Shown: positions 27,435 through 35,389 of the stretch, in pieces
Layout of the letters: every line of letters starts with the position of its first letter
Numbering within the stretch: position 1 is the stretch's first letter
Origin: Corallococcus exercitus
Lineage (GTDB): Bacteria > Myxococcota > Myxococcia > Myxococcales > Myxococcaceae
Direction: 5' to 3'
NCBI RefSeq assembly: GCF_042231735.1
Contig: NZ_CP102577.1
Location: 2,783,281-2,847,280, forward strand
DNA length: 64,000 nt
The notes under the pieces: generated by a model
The model's input: the letters and a program-made list of their open reading frames with translations, nothing else
Database searches by the model: none
Told to the model about the DNA's origin: nothing
Made by a program: the position numbers and the translations under genes

Positions 27435-28319
27435 CTAGGCGGCCAGCTTCTCCCCGCTGCCTTCCACGGGACGGCCGGAGAGCGCGGCGACCTCATGGTC
27501 GCTCAGCACGAGCTTCTCCTCGGAGCCGCGCCAGACGAACGGGATGCCGGGCTGGCGGTACAGGTTCGCGGGGATCTCCTGCGCCAGCTGCGCGTGCAGC
27601 TCCGGCAGCTTGGACCAGTGCAGACCGTGCCGCGTGTGATGCGCGGTGTGGTAGCCCAGGTTGCCCGTCATCAGGTTGTAGCCCTTGTGGAGGATGTTGT
27701 ACGAGGCCTCCGAGTGGTTGGCCGTCTCCAGCCCCACGTGGTGGAAGTACGTGGCCCAGGTCGTCACGTAGAGCGACGCCATCATGGGCAAGAGGAACAC
27801 GAAGAGCGCGTTGTAGGGGTTCACCCAGAACAGGCCCGCCAGCAGCACCACCTGGAGCGCGGCCATCCACACGAACACGCGCAGCGCCTTGGGGTGATGC
27901 TTCTTCCCCACCTGGAACGCTCGCGGGTACGCGGTCAGCGCCGTGCTCAGCGAGTACTCCACCTCCGCCATCGTGGAGCCGTCAGCGCGCTTCCAGCGCG
28001 ACTCGTCCTGCGTCTGGTCCAGGTAGTTCTTGTGGTGGCCCAGCACGTGGTGGAGGAACCACGCCTGCGACGTCACGCCCGTCTGGAAGCCGAAGACGAT
28101 CTCCAACAGGCGGTTGGGCAGCGCGTGCTTGAAGAAGGACAGGTGCTGGTGGTGGTGGTTCCACGAGCAGATCCATCCCTTGGGGATGATGCCCAGCCCG
28201 AACCACAGCACCGGCACCCACCAGCTGCGCGCCGTGAGGAACACCGTCACGTCGAGCGCGAACACACTCAGGAACATCAGGACCGGGATGCGATCTTCAG
28301 GGTGCCGGAACAGGGTCAT
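27435..28319 (-). CDS. small membrane desaturase/hydroxylase-like di-iron enzyme (fatty acid desaturase superfamily)
   Basis: His boxes (NHHHQH, HHVLGHH, HTAHH) and 4-5 TM helices. 294 aa. Confidence 0.75.
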   Translation of the reverse strand: MTLFRHPEDRIPVLMFLSVFALDVTVFLTARSWWVPVLWFGLGIIPKGWICSWNHHHQHLSFFKHALPNRLLEIVFGFQTGVTSQAWFLHHVLGHHKNYLDQTQDESRWKRADGSTMAEVEYSLSTALTAYPRAFQVGKKHHPKALRVFVWMAALQVVLLAGLFWVNPYNALFVFLLPMMASLYVTTWATYFHHVGLETANHSEASYNILHKGYNLMTGNLGYHTAHHTRHGLHWSKLPELHAQLAQEIPANLYRQPGIPFVWRGSEEKLVLSDHEVAALSGRPVEGSGEKLAA

Positions 28320-28478
28320 GCGCCTTCCACGACAAGAGGAGCCAAGGGAGAAATGCCGATTTTCTGACTGTAGGACGGCAGCCCCCACCCCGAACAGCCC
28401 ACCCTCGCCTGCCTGCACGTTCCACACTGACGGTAAACCACGTAGTCACGTTGAACTTGTCTTTCCATTATTCCAAGA

Positions 28479-28499
28479 ATCACAGTCCTGTCTTGTGAT
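28479..28499. promoter_or_regulatory. perfect inverted repeat ATCACA-N9-TGTGAT in the divergent promoter region between the small desaturase and the heme-oxygenase-like gene
   Basis: Seen directly in the sequence. It lies in a locally AT-richer intergenic region. Confidence 0.45.
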
Positions 28500-28541
28500 A
28501 AACGCCGACCCAGCCCTTTTGGACCCAACCTGGAGGCGGCA

Positions 28542-29204
28542 ATGCGGAACCAGACCATCGAGGCGGCGCTCGCGAAGAACCCCCACCGTGAGCAGCTCAT
28601 CAAGCATCGGTTCTTCGAGGTGGTGGATGAGAAGGCCTTCAGCCGCGACCAGGCGGAGATGGTGCTGGGGCAGTGGTGGCACCCCCTGCACTACTTCCCC
28701 GACTTCCTGAGCAAGCTCATTGCCGTCTGTCCGCAGATGGAGATGAAGACGGCGGTGACCCACATCCTGAACCAGGAGGTGGGCGAGGGAGACCCGGCGC
28801 GCGCGCACGAGCGCTTCTTCATCCAGACGATGACGGACGCTGGCTTCACGAAGGCGGGCGTGTCGGAGGCGGACATGACGCCCGCCACGCGCCGGCTCAT
28901 CGACGGCTACCAGCGCGCCACGGACAACCACCTCACCGGCCTGGGCTTCCTCTACGGCACGGAGGTGGCGGACCTCACCATGGTGGCCAAGCTGGGCAAG
29001 CTGGTGCGCCGCACCACGGGCCTCAAGGCCCTGCCCTGGGTGGACATCCACGTGAAGCAGGAGCCGGACCACGTGGAGACGGCCGGCCATACGGTGGGCC
29101 TCCAGTACACCGACGCGGAGCTGGCCACCATCACCCGCGGCGCCGAGGAGATGTGGCAGCTGTGGGTGGGATTCTTCGAGGAGCTGCGCAACCGCGTCGT
29201 CTGA
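28542..29204 (+). CDS. heme-oxygenase-like fold protein (TenA/PqqC/CADD-like iron-containing redox enzyme family)
   Basis: All-helical, 220 aa, with E/H-containing helices (EVGEGDPARAHERFF). Divergently transcribed from the desaturase. Confidence 0.55.
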   Translation: MRNQTIEAALAKNPHREQLIKHRFFEVVDEKAFSRDQAEMVLGQWWHPLHYFPDFLSKLIAVCPQMEMKTAVTHILNQEVGEGDPARAHERFFIQTMTDAGFTKAGVSEADMTPATRRLIDGYQRATDNHLTGLGFLYGTEVADLTMVAKLGKLVRRTTGLKALPWVDIHVKQEPDHVETAGHTVGLQYTDAELATITRGAEEMWQLWVGFFEELRNRVV

Positions 29205-29288
29205 GCGGCCCCTTCACGTCAAGCGCAACCCCCTGGAATCCGTACGTTTTCGCACGGAACACTGGCGAATCTCTCCAGGTAGGGTAGT

Positions 29289-29309
29289 CACTCCCGCGTC
29301 ACGGGAGTG
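29289..29309. promoter_or_regulatory. inverted repeat CACTCCCG-cgtca-CGGGAGTG between the heme-oxygenase-like gene and the DUF47-PiT operon. It could be a terminator hairpin or an operator.
   Basis: Seen directly. No downstream U-tract. Confidence 0.35.
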
Positions 29310-29382
29310 TCACCCCCATGCGGCGCCACCCTCCTCCCGTGGCGGACCGCGCCTGTCCCTCCAGGCGCCGAGGGAGATCCCC

Positions 29383-30009
29383 ATGCTCGAAAAGCTGATG
29401 CCGAAGTCGGACGAGTTCTTCGACGACTTCGACGCGCAATGCGCCAGGACCGTCGAGGGAGCGAAGCTCCTGCACGAGCTCCTGGCGGACTTCCGTGACG
29501 TGCCCGCGCGCGTCCAGGCCCTCAAGGACGTGGAGCACAAGGGCGACGAGGTCACCCACACGGCCTTCAACCGGCTCCACCAGCAGTTCATCACCCCGTT
29601 CGACCGGGGGCAGATCCACACGCTCCTGTCGCGCATCGACGACGTGCTGGACCTGACCAACGCGGCGGCGGCGCGCCTGCTCTACTACGAGATTGAGACC
29701 AGCCGGCCGGACGCCACGGAGCTGGCGCGGCTCCTGGTGCTCTCCACGCAGAAGGTGCAGGAGGTCGTCGCGGCGCTGCGGCTCATCAAGAAGCCGGAGC
29801 AGATCCTCGCGGGCTGCAAGGAGATCAAGCACCTGGAGACCCAGGCGGATGAAGTCCTGCGCGCGGGCATGGGCCGGCTGTTCAAGAGCGGCGTGGATAC
29901 CCTGACCATCATCAAGTGGAAGGAGATCTACGACCTCATCGAGACGGCCACCGACAAGTGCCAGGGCGTGGCCAACGTCATCGAAGGCGTCGTGCTGGAG
30001 CACTCCTGA
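29383..30009 (+). CDS. DUF47 / TIGR00153 phosphate-transport regulator-like protein (PhoU-like fold)
   Basis: Typical DUF47 sequence (HKGDEVTH...ETQADEV). AGGGAG RBS at -7. Precedes the PiT gene by 1 nt. Confidence 0.85.
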   Translation: MLEKLMPKSDEFFDDFDAQCARTVEGAKLLHELLADFRDVPARVQALKDVEHKGDEVTHTAFNRLHQQFITPFDRGQIHTLLSRIDDVLDLTNAAAARLLYYEIETSRPDATELARLLVLSTQKVQEVVAALRLIKKPEQILAGCKEIKHLETQADEVLRAGMGRLFKSGVDTLTIIKWKEIYDLIETATDKCQGVANVIEGVVLEHS

Positions 30010-30010
30010 G

Positions 30011-31036
30011 ATGCTGCTCGCAGCGGTCGTCTCCATCGTCGTCGTCGCGCTCATCTTCGACTTCATCAACGGGTTCCACGACGCGGCGAACTCCATCGCC
30101 ACCGTGGTGTCCACGCGCGTGCTGTCGCCGAACCTGGCCGTGGCATGGGCCGCGTTCTTCAACTTCATCGCGGCGTTCGCGGGCGGCGTGCACGTGGCCA
30201 ACACCATGGGCAAGGGCATCATCAACTTCGAGATGCTCCGCGCGGCCGGCCCCACCGCGGTGCTGCTGGTCGTCTTCTCGTCGCTGATGGGCGCCATCGT
30301 CTGGAACCTGCTCACCTGGTGGTGGGGGCTGCCCTCGTCGTCGTCGCACGCGCTGGCGGGCGGGATGATTGGCGCCACGCTGCCCGTGCTGGGCTTCCAG
30401 GGGCTGGTGGGCAGCGGCATCGCGCGCATCGCGGCCTTCATCGTGCTGTCGCCGCTCATCGGCATGACGCTGGGCATCGGGATGATGCTGGCCAGCACCT
30501 GGGCGGTGCACCGTCAGACGCCGCTGCGGGTGGACACCTGGTTCCGCCGGCTGCAGCTGGTGTCGTCCGCCATCTTCTCCTTCAGCCACGGCACCAACGA
30601 CGCGCAGAAGGTCATGGGCATCATCGCGGTGGTGCTCTTCGGCACCATCTGGCGCGACCGGCCGTTCCACATCGACTGGTGGATGATCATCTCCTGCCAC
30701 GCGGCCATCGCGCTGGGCACGTTCTTCGGCGGCTGGCGCATCATCCGCACCATGGGCCACAGCCTCACGAAGCTGGCGCCCATTGGCGGCTTCAGCGCGG
30801 AGACGGGCGGCGGCGTCACCATCATCGCGCTGGCGGAACTGGGCATCCCCGTCTCCACCACGCACACCATCACGGGCGCCATCGTCGGCGTGGGGTCCAC
30901 GCGCGGCTGGCGCGCCGTGAAGTGGGGCACCGCCGGCCGCATCATCTGGGCGTGGGTGTTCACCATCCCCGCCGCCGCGCTGGTGTCCGTCATCGTCTAC
31001 GGACTCACGCTGGCGGTGGTGCGGCTGGTGGGCTGA
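30011..31036 (+). CDS. inorganic phosphate transporter, PiT family
   Basis: Repeated PiT signature (GFHDAANSIATVV and a second NDAQK-containing repeat). 10+ TM helices. Confidence 0.9.
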   Translation: MLLAAVVSIVVVALIFDFINGFHDAANSIATVVSTRVLSPNLAVAWAAFFNFIAAFAGGVHVANTMGKGIINFEMLRAAGPTAVLLVVFSSLMGAIVWNLLTWWWGLPSSSSHALAGGMIGATLPVLGFQGLVGSGIARIAAFIVLSPLIGMTLGIGMMLASTWAVHRQTPLRVDTWFRRLQLVSSAIFSFSHGTNDAQKVMGIIAVVLFGTIWRDRPFHIDWWMIISCHAAIALGTFFGGWRIIRTMGHSLTKLAPIGGFSAETGGGVTIIALAELGIPVSTTHTITGAIVGVGSTRGWRAVKWGTAGRIIWAWVFTIPAAALVSVIVYGLTLAVVRLVG

Positions 31037-31087
31037 AGCGAGCCCCCGGGCGCGGGGGGGGAACAGCCCCCGCGCCACGGCCCTTGC

Positions 31088-32866
31088 CTACCGGACGTTG
31101 AGCGCCGACGGCGTCCCGCCCACGGACGGCGGGACGAAGGGCACCACCTTCTTGTTCTGCCACTGGACCAGCTTCAGCGACGGGTCCTCCAGCGGCACGT
31201 CGAAGGTGTAGGAGATGCGCGTGGGGAAGTTCCCGTCCATCTCCTCGATGCGAATCTTCAGGCCCTTCATGTCGAACTCCTGCCCCAGGGCCACCGGGTG
31301 GCGCGCGGCGCGGTGGATGCGCTCCTCGATGGAGTCCAGGAAGTGGCCGCCCTTGGGGAGCGACAGCTCCAGGGAGTTGGGCCCGGTGCGCGTCACCTTC
31401 TGCTCGTTGAGCGAATAGGACAGCACCCACCAGGCCTTCGGCAGCGGCATGCCCGTGGACCACCAGCGCACGGAGCCGTAGATGCCGATGATGCCGTTGG
31501 GGGCGTTGAGCACCACCAGCCGCTGCTCGGGCAGCTTCGACTCGTCCAGGGCCTCCTCGTAGCGCGCCTGCACGCGCGCCATGAGGGCGTCCGTCTGCAC
31601 GTAGGCCTCCATGGTCTGCCACCAGACGTAGGGCGCGGCCACCACGTGCAGCAGGGCCATCACCGCGGCGCCGGCCAGCACCGCCCCCGCGCGGAACGTG
31701 CGCGCCCGGCCCCGCCACGCCTGGCGCAGCACCACGGCCATGCCCACCGCCATGCCAAGGCTGGGCACGATGAGCGTGCGCGAGCCGGCGAACGCGGAGT
31801 TGGCCAGCCACGTGGACACGAACGCGCCCGTCAGCATCCAGCCCACCGTGCGCCGCTCCGCGGCCTCCAGCTGGGGCCACACGCCCCACACGAGCAGCGC
31901 GAACAGCGTCAGCCCCGCGGCGCCCAGGATGGTGAACAGGGGCACCAGCGACTGGTCGAAGATGAAGTCCGGGGGCGCGTTCAGCGTCAGGCCCGCGATG
32001 GCGGCCGGGACGCGGGTGAGCATGGCCTTGAACCAGTCCACCGGCGTTCCCACGGCGTCCAGGTACATGTCCGAGGCGCCCGCGCCGTAGCCCAGCGCGC
32101 GGTACAGCACGAAGTAGCAGGCCATCAGCACGCCGAAGGGGATGAGCCCCTTGAGCTTGTCCTTCGCCTGCCCCGGCCCGGAGAAGGCCTCGTAGGCCAG
32201 CACGTACGGGCTGAGGATGACCATGGTCTCGCCGCACAGGAGCGCCAGCGTGAAGGACACCAGCGCGCCCACCAGGAAGTTCGTGCGCTTCTCCTCGCGC
32301 CACTTCACGTGGAAGTAGAGGCCGAGGATGCCGAAGAGCAGCGACATCACCACGCTGCGGTACGACAGCCAGCCCAGCACCGCCGAGTGCGAGCCCCAGA
32401 TGGCGAAGAGGAACATCGACACGCCCGCCAGCGCCGTGGGCAGCACGCGCTTGAGCAGCACGCCCGCCAGCACCACCAGGCCCACGTACCAGAGCACCGA
32501 GTGCAGCAGGTAGCCCGCGGCGACGCGGTTGTAGAGCAGGTGATCCAGTCCGTAGAGCAGGCTGCCCAGGGGCCGGAAGAACGAGACGCGCACCGTGGGC
32601 TCCACCCACCACGGGAAGACGCCCACCTCCGCCAGCCGCAGCGTGTGCTCCGGGATGCCGGTGGCCGTGCGGTACACGTCCAGGGGCGTGTTGCCCAGGG
32701 GCGCGGGCGGCGGCACGTTGTCCCAGACGCCCAGCCAGATGTAGTCATCCGGCATGAAACCCACGCGCAGTGCCATCAAGCCCAGCACCAGCGCGAGCAC
32801 GGTGGAGATCCAAAAGTAACGTTTAAACGGCCAACCCGGGGCGGCTGGCGGGGGAGAGGTATCCAT
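31088..32866 (-). CDS. polytopic membrane protein with a C-terminal soluble domain; possibly a GT-C-type glycosyltransferase-like protein
   Basis: About 12 hydrophobic helices in the first ~420 aa, then a ~170-aa hydrophilic domain. The competing ORFs 31005..32612(-) and 31298..32905(+) are R/G/A-rich artefacts. Confidence 0.55.
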   Translation of the reverse strand: MDTSPPPAAPGWPFKRYFWISTVLALVLGLMALRVGFMPDDYIWLGVWDNVPPPAPLGNTPLDVYRTATGIPEHTLRLAEVGVFPWWVEPTVRVSFFRPLGSLLYGLDHLLYNRVAAGYLLHSVLWYVGLVVLAGVLLKRVLPTALAGVSMFLFAIWGSHSAVLGWLSYRSVVMSLLFGILGLYFHVKWREEKRTNFLVGALVSFTLALLCGETMVILSPYVLAYEAFSGPGQAKDKLKGLIPFGVLMACYFVLYRALGYGAGASDMYLDAVGTPVDWFKAMLTRVPAAIAGLTLNAPPDFIFDQSLVPLFTILGAAGLTLFALLVWGVWPQLEAAERRTVGWMLTGAFVSTWLANSAFAGSRTLIVPSLGMAVGMAVVLRQAWRGRARTFRAGAVLAGAAVMALLHVVAAPYVWWQTMEAYVQTDALMARVQARYEEALDESKLPEQRLVVLNAPNGIIGIYGSVRWWSTGMPLPKAWWVLSYSLNEQKVTRTGPNSLELSLPKGGHFLDSIEERIHRAARHPVALGQEFDMKGLKIRIEEMDGNFPTRISYTFDVPLEDPSLKLVQWQNKKVVPFVPPSVGGTPSALNVR

Positions 32867-33086
32867 GTTTCAAAGATCTATCAGCACGGCCCCCACGCGA
32901 GATAGGTCCTCCTGGGTCGTCCGCTGACACCGGAAACACGCCCAGTGCGGTGCGCGCGGCGGAGATCCTTTGCCAGTGCCCGGACTCCGGGTGATCCTCC
33001 GCCGACGAAGGGGGACGCAGTCCGGCAGGTGCATTCACGCACGGGCGCGGCCCGTTTCCATCCGCGCCGCCGCCGGGCCCGCACGC

Positions 33087-34559
33087 ATGCGCATCGCCAT
33101 CATCGCCACGTACACCCATCCGACCCGCCTGCGAATCAAGGAACCCTCCATCATGCAGTCCTCGGTGCCGGAGCTCATCGCGGGCCTGTGCCCGGAGCAC
33201 GCCGAGGTGGAGATCTTCAACGAGAAGGAGGCGGACCTGCCGTTGGACCGGCACTGGGACCTGGTCTTCTTCTCGTACCTGCACTCGTACTACGAGCACA
33301 CGAAGGTCCTCTCCACCCTCTTCCGCCAGCGCGGGATGACGACGGTGGCGGGCGGCCGGCACGCGGGGCACTTCCCCGACGACGCGGCGAAGTACTTCGA
33401 CGCGGTCATCACCGGGGAGCCGGAGTCCAACGTGCCCGCGCTCATCGCGGACTTCGAGAAGGGTGAATTGAAGCCGCGCTACAGCCTGCCGTCCCAGGGC
33501 GCCGCCGCCATCCGGCCGTACCGCTACGAGCTCATCGACTTCACGCACAACAAGGTGCGCCTGCCGGGCATCGAGGCGTCGCGCGGCTGCCCCTTCACCT
33601 GCAACTTCTGCGTGCTCACCGGCCACGAGCGCTACCGCTTCCGGCCCGTCCCGGAGGTCATCGACGAGATCCAGACGCGCATGCGCTGGAACCCGAACTT
33701 CCTGGGGCTGATGGGGGACGCGTTCGTCTTCCTGGACAACAACCTGGGCGGCTCGCCCAAGTACCTGCGCGCGCTGTGCGAAGCGCTCATCCCCCTGAAG
33801 AAGACCTGGGGCTGCGCCCTCACCTTCAACGTGCTCAAGGACGAGTCGCTGGTGAAGCTGATGGCGAAGGCGGGCTGCCGCTACGTCTACACCGGCCTGG
33901 AGTCGCTCAACCCGGACTCGATCAAGGCGATGAACAAGGGCCAGAACAAGCTGTCGGAGGTGGACGCCGTCATCCGCCGCGTCTTCTCCGCCGGCATCCT
34001 CCTGTCCTTCGGGCTCATCGTCGGCTCGGACGGGGACACCAACGAGTACCTGCACCGGCTGCCGGAGTACCTGGCGGACCTGAAGTACTTCTCCGTCACG
34101 TTCCTGGGCATCGTGTGCCCCTACCCGGAGACGCCCTTCTTCCGCGAGCTCCAGGCGCAAGACAGGCTCCTGCCCGGCACCACCAGCCGCGACTACGACG
34201 GCTACACGCTGTGCCACCGGCCCAAGCAGCTGCACGCGTCGGAGGTGGTGGAGCACTTCCAGCGGCTGTGCCACACGCTGGGGAGCCTGCCCAACGTCGC
34301 GCGGCACTACGCGTCCAAGCTGATGATGAGCGACCTGCCCCGCTACAAGCAGACCATCCTCTTCTCCGGCCCCGAAATCGTCAGCATCCGCAACCCGGTG
34401 AAGAACCCGGCGCGCCGCTACATCGCGGGCCTGGACGCGATTGAAGCCTGGGACGCGGAGCAGATGGACAGGCTGGGCCTCACGCCGCAGGTCTTGACTG
34501 GACCCGGGACGGCAGGCGCACGTCCCACGCCAGTCCCAGGCCTCGCAGCGCACGGATGA
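33087..34559 (+). CDS. B12-binding-domain radical SAM enzyme
   Basis: N-terminal cobalamin-binding-like Rossmann segment, then a radical-SAM Cx3Cx2C motif (CPFTCNFC) and glycine-rich SAM motifs (FLDNNLGG). Confidence 0.8.
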   Translation: MRIAIIATYTHPTRLRIKEPSIMQSSVPELIAGLCPEHAEVEIFNEKEADLPLDRHWDLVFFSYLHSYYEHTKVLSTLFRQRGMTTVAGGRHAGHFPDDAAKYFDAVITGEPESNVPALIADFEKGELKPRYSLPSQGAAAIRPYRYELIDFTHNKVRLPGIEASRGCPFTCNFCVLTGHERYRFRPVPEVIDEIQTRMRWNPNFLGLMGDAFVFLDNNLGGSPKYLRALCEALIPLKKTWGCALTFNVLKDESLVKLMAKAGCRYVYTGLESLNPDSIKAMNKGQNKLSEVDAVIRRVFSAGILLSFGLIVGSDGDTNEYLHRLPEYLADLKYFSVTFLGIVCPYPETPFFRELQAQDRLLPGTTSRDYDGYTLCHRPKQLHASEVVEHFQRLCHTLGSLPNVARHYASKLMMSDLPRYKQTILFSGPEIVSIRNPVKNPARRYIAGLDAIEAWDAEQMDRLGLTPQVLTGPGTAGARPTPVPGLAAHG

Positions 34560-35310
34560 AGAGCCAGCCCGGGTCCCACTGCCACCACACCCAGCCGTGC
34601 CGCGCGGACGCGGGGAAGGCGTGGTGGTTGTTGTGCCAGCCCTCGCCCAGCGCCAGCACGCTCACCCACCACACGTTGCGGCTGTGGTCGCGCGTGTCGT
34701 GGACGCGGTGGCCGAACGCCGCGTGGCACACGGAGTTCACCGCGTAGGTGCTCTGCATCCAGCACACCACCGGCAGGAAGAAGTACGCGGGCACCGTGCG
34801 CCAGCCGAACGTCAGCCCCACGAAGAGCACCGCCAGCACCTGCGGCGCGATGCGGTAGCGCAGGAGCCAGTGGTAGTAGCCGTCGTTCGCCATGTCGCGG
34901 CACCAGGTGCGCCAGCCGTCCTCCTCGGTGGAGGCCTCGTTGAGGATCCACCCCATGTGCGCGTACCAGAAGCCCCGCAGGGGCGAGTGCACGTCCCCTT
35001 CCGCGTCCGCCTTCGCGTGGTGCAGCCGGTGGTTGGCGGCCCACAGGAGCGGGCTGCCCTGCGCCGTCAGCATGGCCACCGTCACCAGCGCGTACTCCAC
35101 CCAGCGGGGGCACGCGAAGGCGCGGTGGCACAGGAGGCGGTGCAGCCCCACCGTCGTGCCCAGGCCAATGGACACGTACACGGCCAGCGCCACCGGCAGC
35201 GCGTACGGCGGCCAGGGCAGGAAGAACGCCAGCGCGGCCAGCGCGTGCACCACGAGCATGTAGCCGACGATGACGGGACTGAGCTGGAAGCGGAGCGGTG
35301 CGGTGGTCAT
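34480..35310 (-). CDS. acyl-CoA delta-9 desaturase (stearoyl-CoA desaturase family)
   Basis: His boxes (HRLLCHR, HRLHH, HNNHH) and the characteristic 4-TM topology. Its 3' end overlaps the radical-SAM gene convergently by ~80 nt. Confidence 0.85.
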   Translation of the reverse strand: MTTAPLRFQLSPVIVGYMLVVHALAALAFFLPWPPYALPVALAVYVSIGLGTTVGLHRLLCHRAFACPRWVEYALVTVAMLTAQGSPLLWAANHRLHHAKADAEGDVHSPLRGFWYAHMGWILNEASTEEDGWRTWCRDMANDGYYHWLLRYRIAPQVLAVLFVGLTFGWRTVPAYFFLPVVCWMQSTYAVNSVCHAAFGHRVHDTRDHSRNVWWVSVLALGEGWHNNHHAFPASARHGWVWWQWDPGWLFIRALRGLGLAWDVRLPSRVQSRPAA

Positions 35311-35389
35311 GGCCCGGTGCGGATGCGAGGAAGAAGCACGGAAGTCTAGGGGCCCCGCCTGACGGGACAAGGAATGCGCTCCCCGCGCG

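Noticed and set aside
29307-29498. 63-aa ORF starting at the ATG inside the inverted repeat upstream of the DUF47 gene
   Set aside because: Arg/Pro-rich, overlaps the real DUF47 start (29383, which has a good RBS), and is not in a conserved-looking frame.
31005-32905. Alternative ORFs 31005..32612(-) and 31298..32905(+) competing with the membrane-protein gene
   Set aside because: Both are Arg/Gly/Ala/Pro-rich with no hydrophobic periodicity. The 31088..32866(-) frame yields a coherent 12-TM protein.
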